Shown here: positions 62,473 to 63,929 of the stretch, in pieces
Layout: each line of letters opens with the position of its first letter
Position numbering within the stretch: the stretch's first letter is position 1
Origin: Spirogloea muscicola
Lineage: Eukaryota
DNA: 63,929 nucleotides
Direction of reading: 5' to 3'
Assembly (NCBI GenBank): GCA_009602725.1
Contig: WELB01000007.1
Location: forward strand, 355,187 to 419,115
Position numbers and translations under genes: made by a program
The notes under the pieces: model-generated
Databases searched by the model: none
Told to the model about the DNA's origin: nothing
The model's input: the letters and a program-made list of their open reading frames with translations, nothing else

Positions 62473-63929
62473 CCGCCGAAGCTGCCGACACTACCGGAGC
62501 TGCCGGCGCCCACTTGCCGGCACCGGTTATACGGGCCTTCTGGCGGACTCCGGGTCAGGCTCTCGGCGGCAGCAGCGGCACTTGGCTGTCCAGTCTTCTC
62601 GGGCTGGCTGTCCACAGCCCTCGCCCCCTTTGCAGAGCCACTTTCTTTCCTGGGGCAATAGCTGCAGTGGTTCACGACTACACCTGCTGGACAAACTCCT
62701 TAACCCTGCAACCTCATGTTGTTCATAACACCCTTACCCCCACTTTACCCGATCACCATCATTTATCATAGGTATGACTGTCCTCAGTCGACCTTTTGTC
62801 TGCACAATCTGCGTAAAGGCTTACTGGACGAAGGAACTTCGGATTTGTGCGACAGTGAGCGTCACGGCACTGAGAACTGCTGCCTCCGTGTTGTGCCAGG
62901 CGACGCGTTTCCGCCCTCTAGTCATCTCTAATTTGCACTTGCTGACTAGGTTATTAGGCTCCCGCTTGCTGACTACTTATTGTGCTCGCTGGTAATGCCT
63001 CAATGGAGCACCCTCAGCTCCATAATAGACTGGACTCACCATAGCCAAGAATGAACAAGTCAAGAAAGATTGATAAAGAACCGATCATGCACCTTGATGA
63101 GTAATAAAAATGTGGCACTCTGGCCCTAGTGTCTCACAAAATCACCTTTGTTTGAACGACTAGTCATCAATGCCTGCCAAACGCAAATCCATTGTTGCAC
63201 GCTGGGCTGAGCGAGCCGTATAATTTCATGCCTACTTACCCAGCCTAACAAGGGATGGCACTGTCAGGAAAGGAACGGAACTTCCAAGATTCCAGTTCCA
63301 TCATTATGCACACTTGCGCCATCTACTAGCCAATGAGGGCCACCATGTCACCTGTGCCCAAATATGGTCGAGAGCACAAGCTGCTGCACAAAGGCCGCCC
63401 GTGTAGCCGCCTCTTCGAGCATCACGTCTGACTCCACCCTGCAAAGCAAGCAAAGCAGTGTGAGCGTATGTCTTTGAGCTCTAGCACGCTGTCATGGCAG
63501 GCATGCCCTCCACCCAAATAACTTGGCAACCCCACAGCTCAAAGCACATCCATATGGTGCCTGCTTAAACAGCAGTATCTAAACTGCAGATCTGCAGACT
63601 GCTGCAAGCTTGCTCTTAGAGTCTCCTACATTGGTGTTGCCCTAAAGGGCCTAGCATCCAACAAGCATTGCTGGGTGCTAACAATATGGCCCATGGATTC
63701 ACGAGGTGCAGTCATGAAACGACGAGACACTGAATGAAAGCTGCTGCTTCTGGCAGTCAGCAGTATCCTTATGCTGCCACGATGTCAACCTGACGCGGGA
63801 ATTACCACCAGATGATCATCCTACATCTGCAAACATTGATCTGAAGGTACATGACACGCACCCTCTGCTTCAAGTAAGAGGCACAAGCGCAGAGCAGAGG
63901 CACAAGCGCAGAGCGTGAACCTGGACTCC

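Noticed and set aside
62480..63850. Possible + strand gene divergent from AGD5 (candidate exon 62772-62854) and a GTATCCTT U12-like donor at 63763
   Set aside because: Splice-like signals exist, but I could not build a recognisable protein or coherent frame, and the sequence before the U12-like donor has stops in all frames.

Overview
Gene-dense, intron-rich eukaryotic nuclear DNA from a green plant. A streptophyte (probably an alga) is inferred from the land-plant-like proteins, TTTAGGG-type telo motifs and a U12 AT-AC intron. About 13 host genes can be reconstructed from exons and splice sites. In order they are a plastid NSI/GNAT2-like acetyltransferase, an LPAT4/5-like acyltransferase, an isolated sacsin exon, a mitochondrial phosphate carrier, an organellar AlaRS, a GDPD, MOR1/XMAP215, an organellar S18, DCAF13/SOF1, NodGS/FluG, an unknown secreted Cys-repeat protein, IPK1 and an AGD5-like ARF-GAP. 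Intergenic zones (about 9.1-12.6 kb, 19.3-19.8 kb and 55.1-55.85 kb) and one intron hold nested, 5'-truncated fragments of a non-LTR retroelement family with a restriction-like endonuclease (RLE). Its 3' region carries a repeated two-stem RNA module that shows compensatory base changes. Other notable features are a minor-spliceosome AT-AC intron, two GC-AG introns and a microexon, an AlaRS transit peptide with no in-frame ATG, and CpG-island-like gene 5' ends. The assembly is imperfect: it has two N gaps, poly-T runs and several missing first exons. Gene identities come from recognising motifs by eye, not from database searches.
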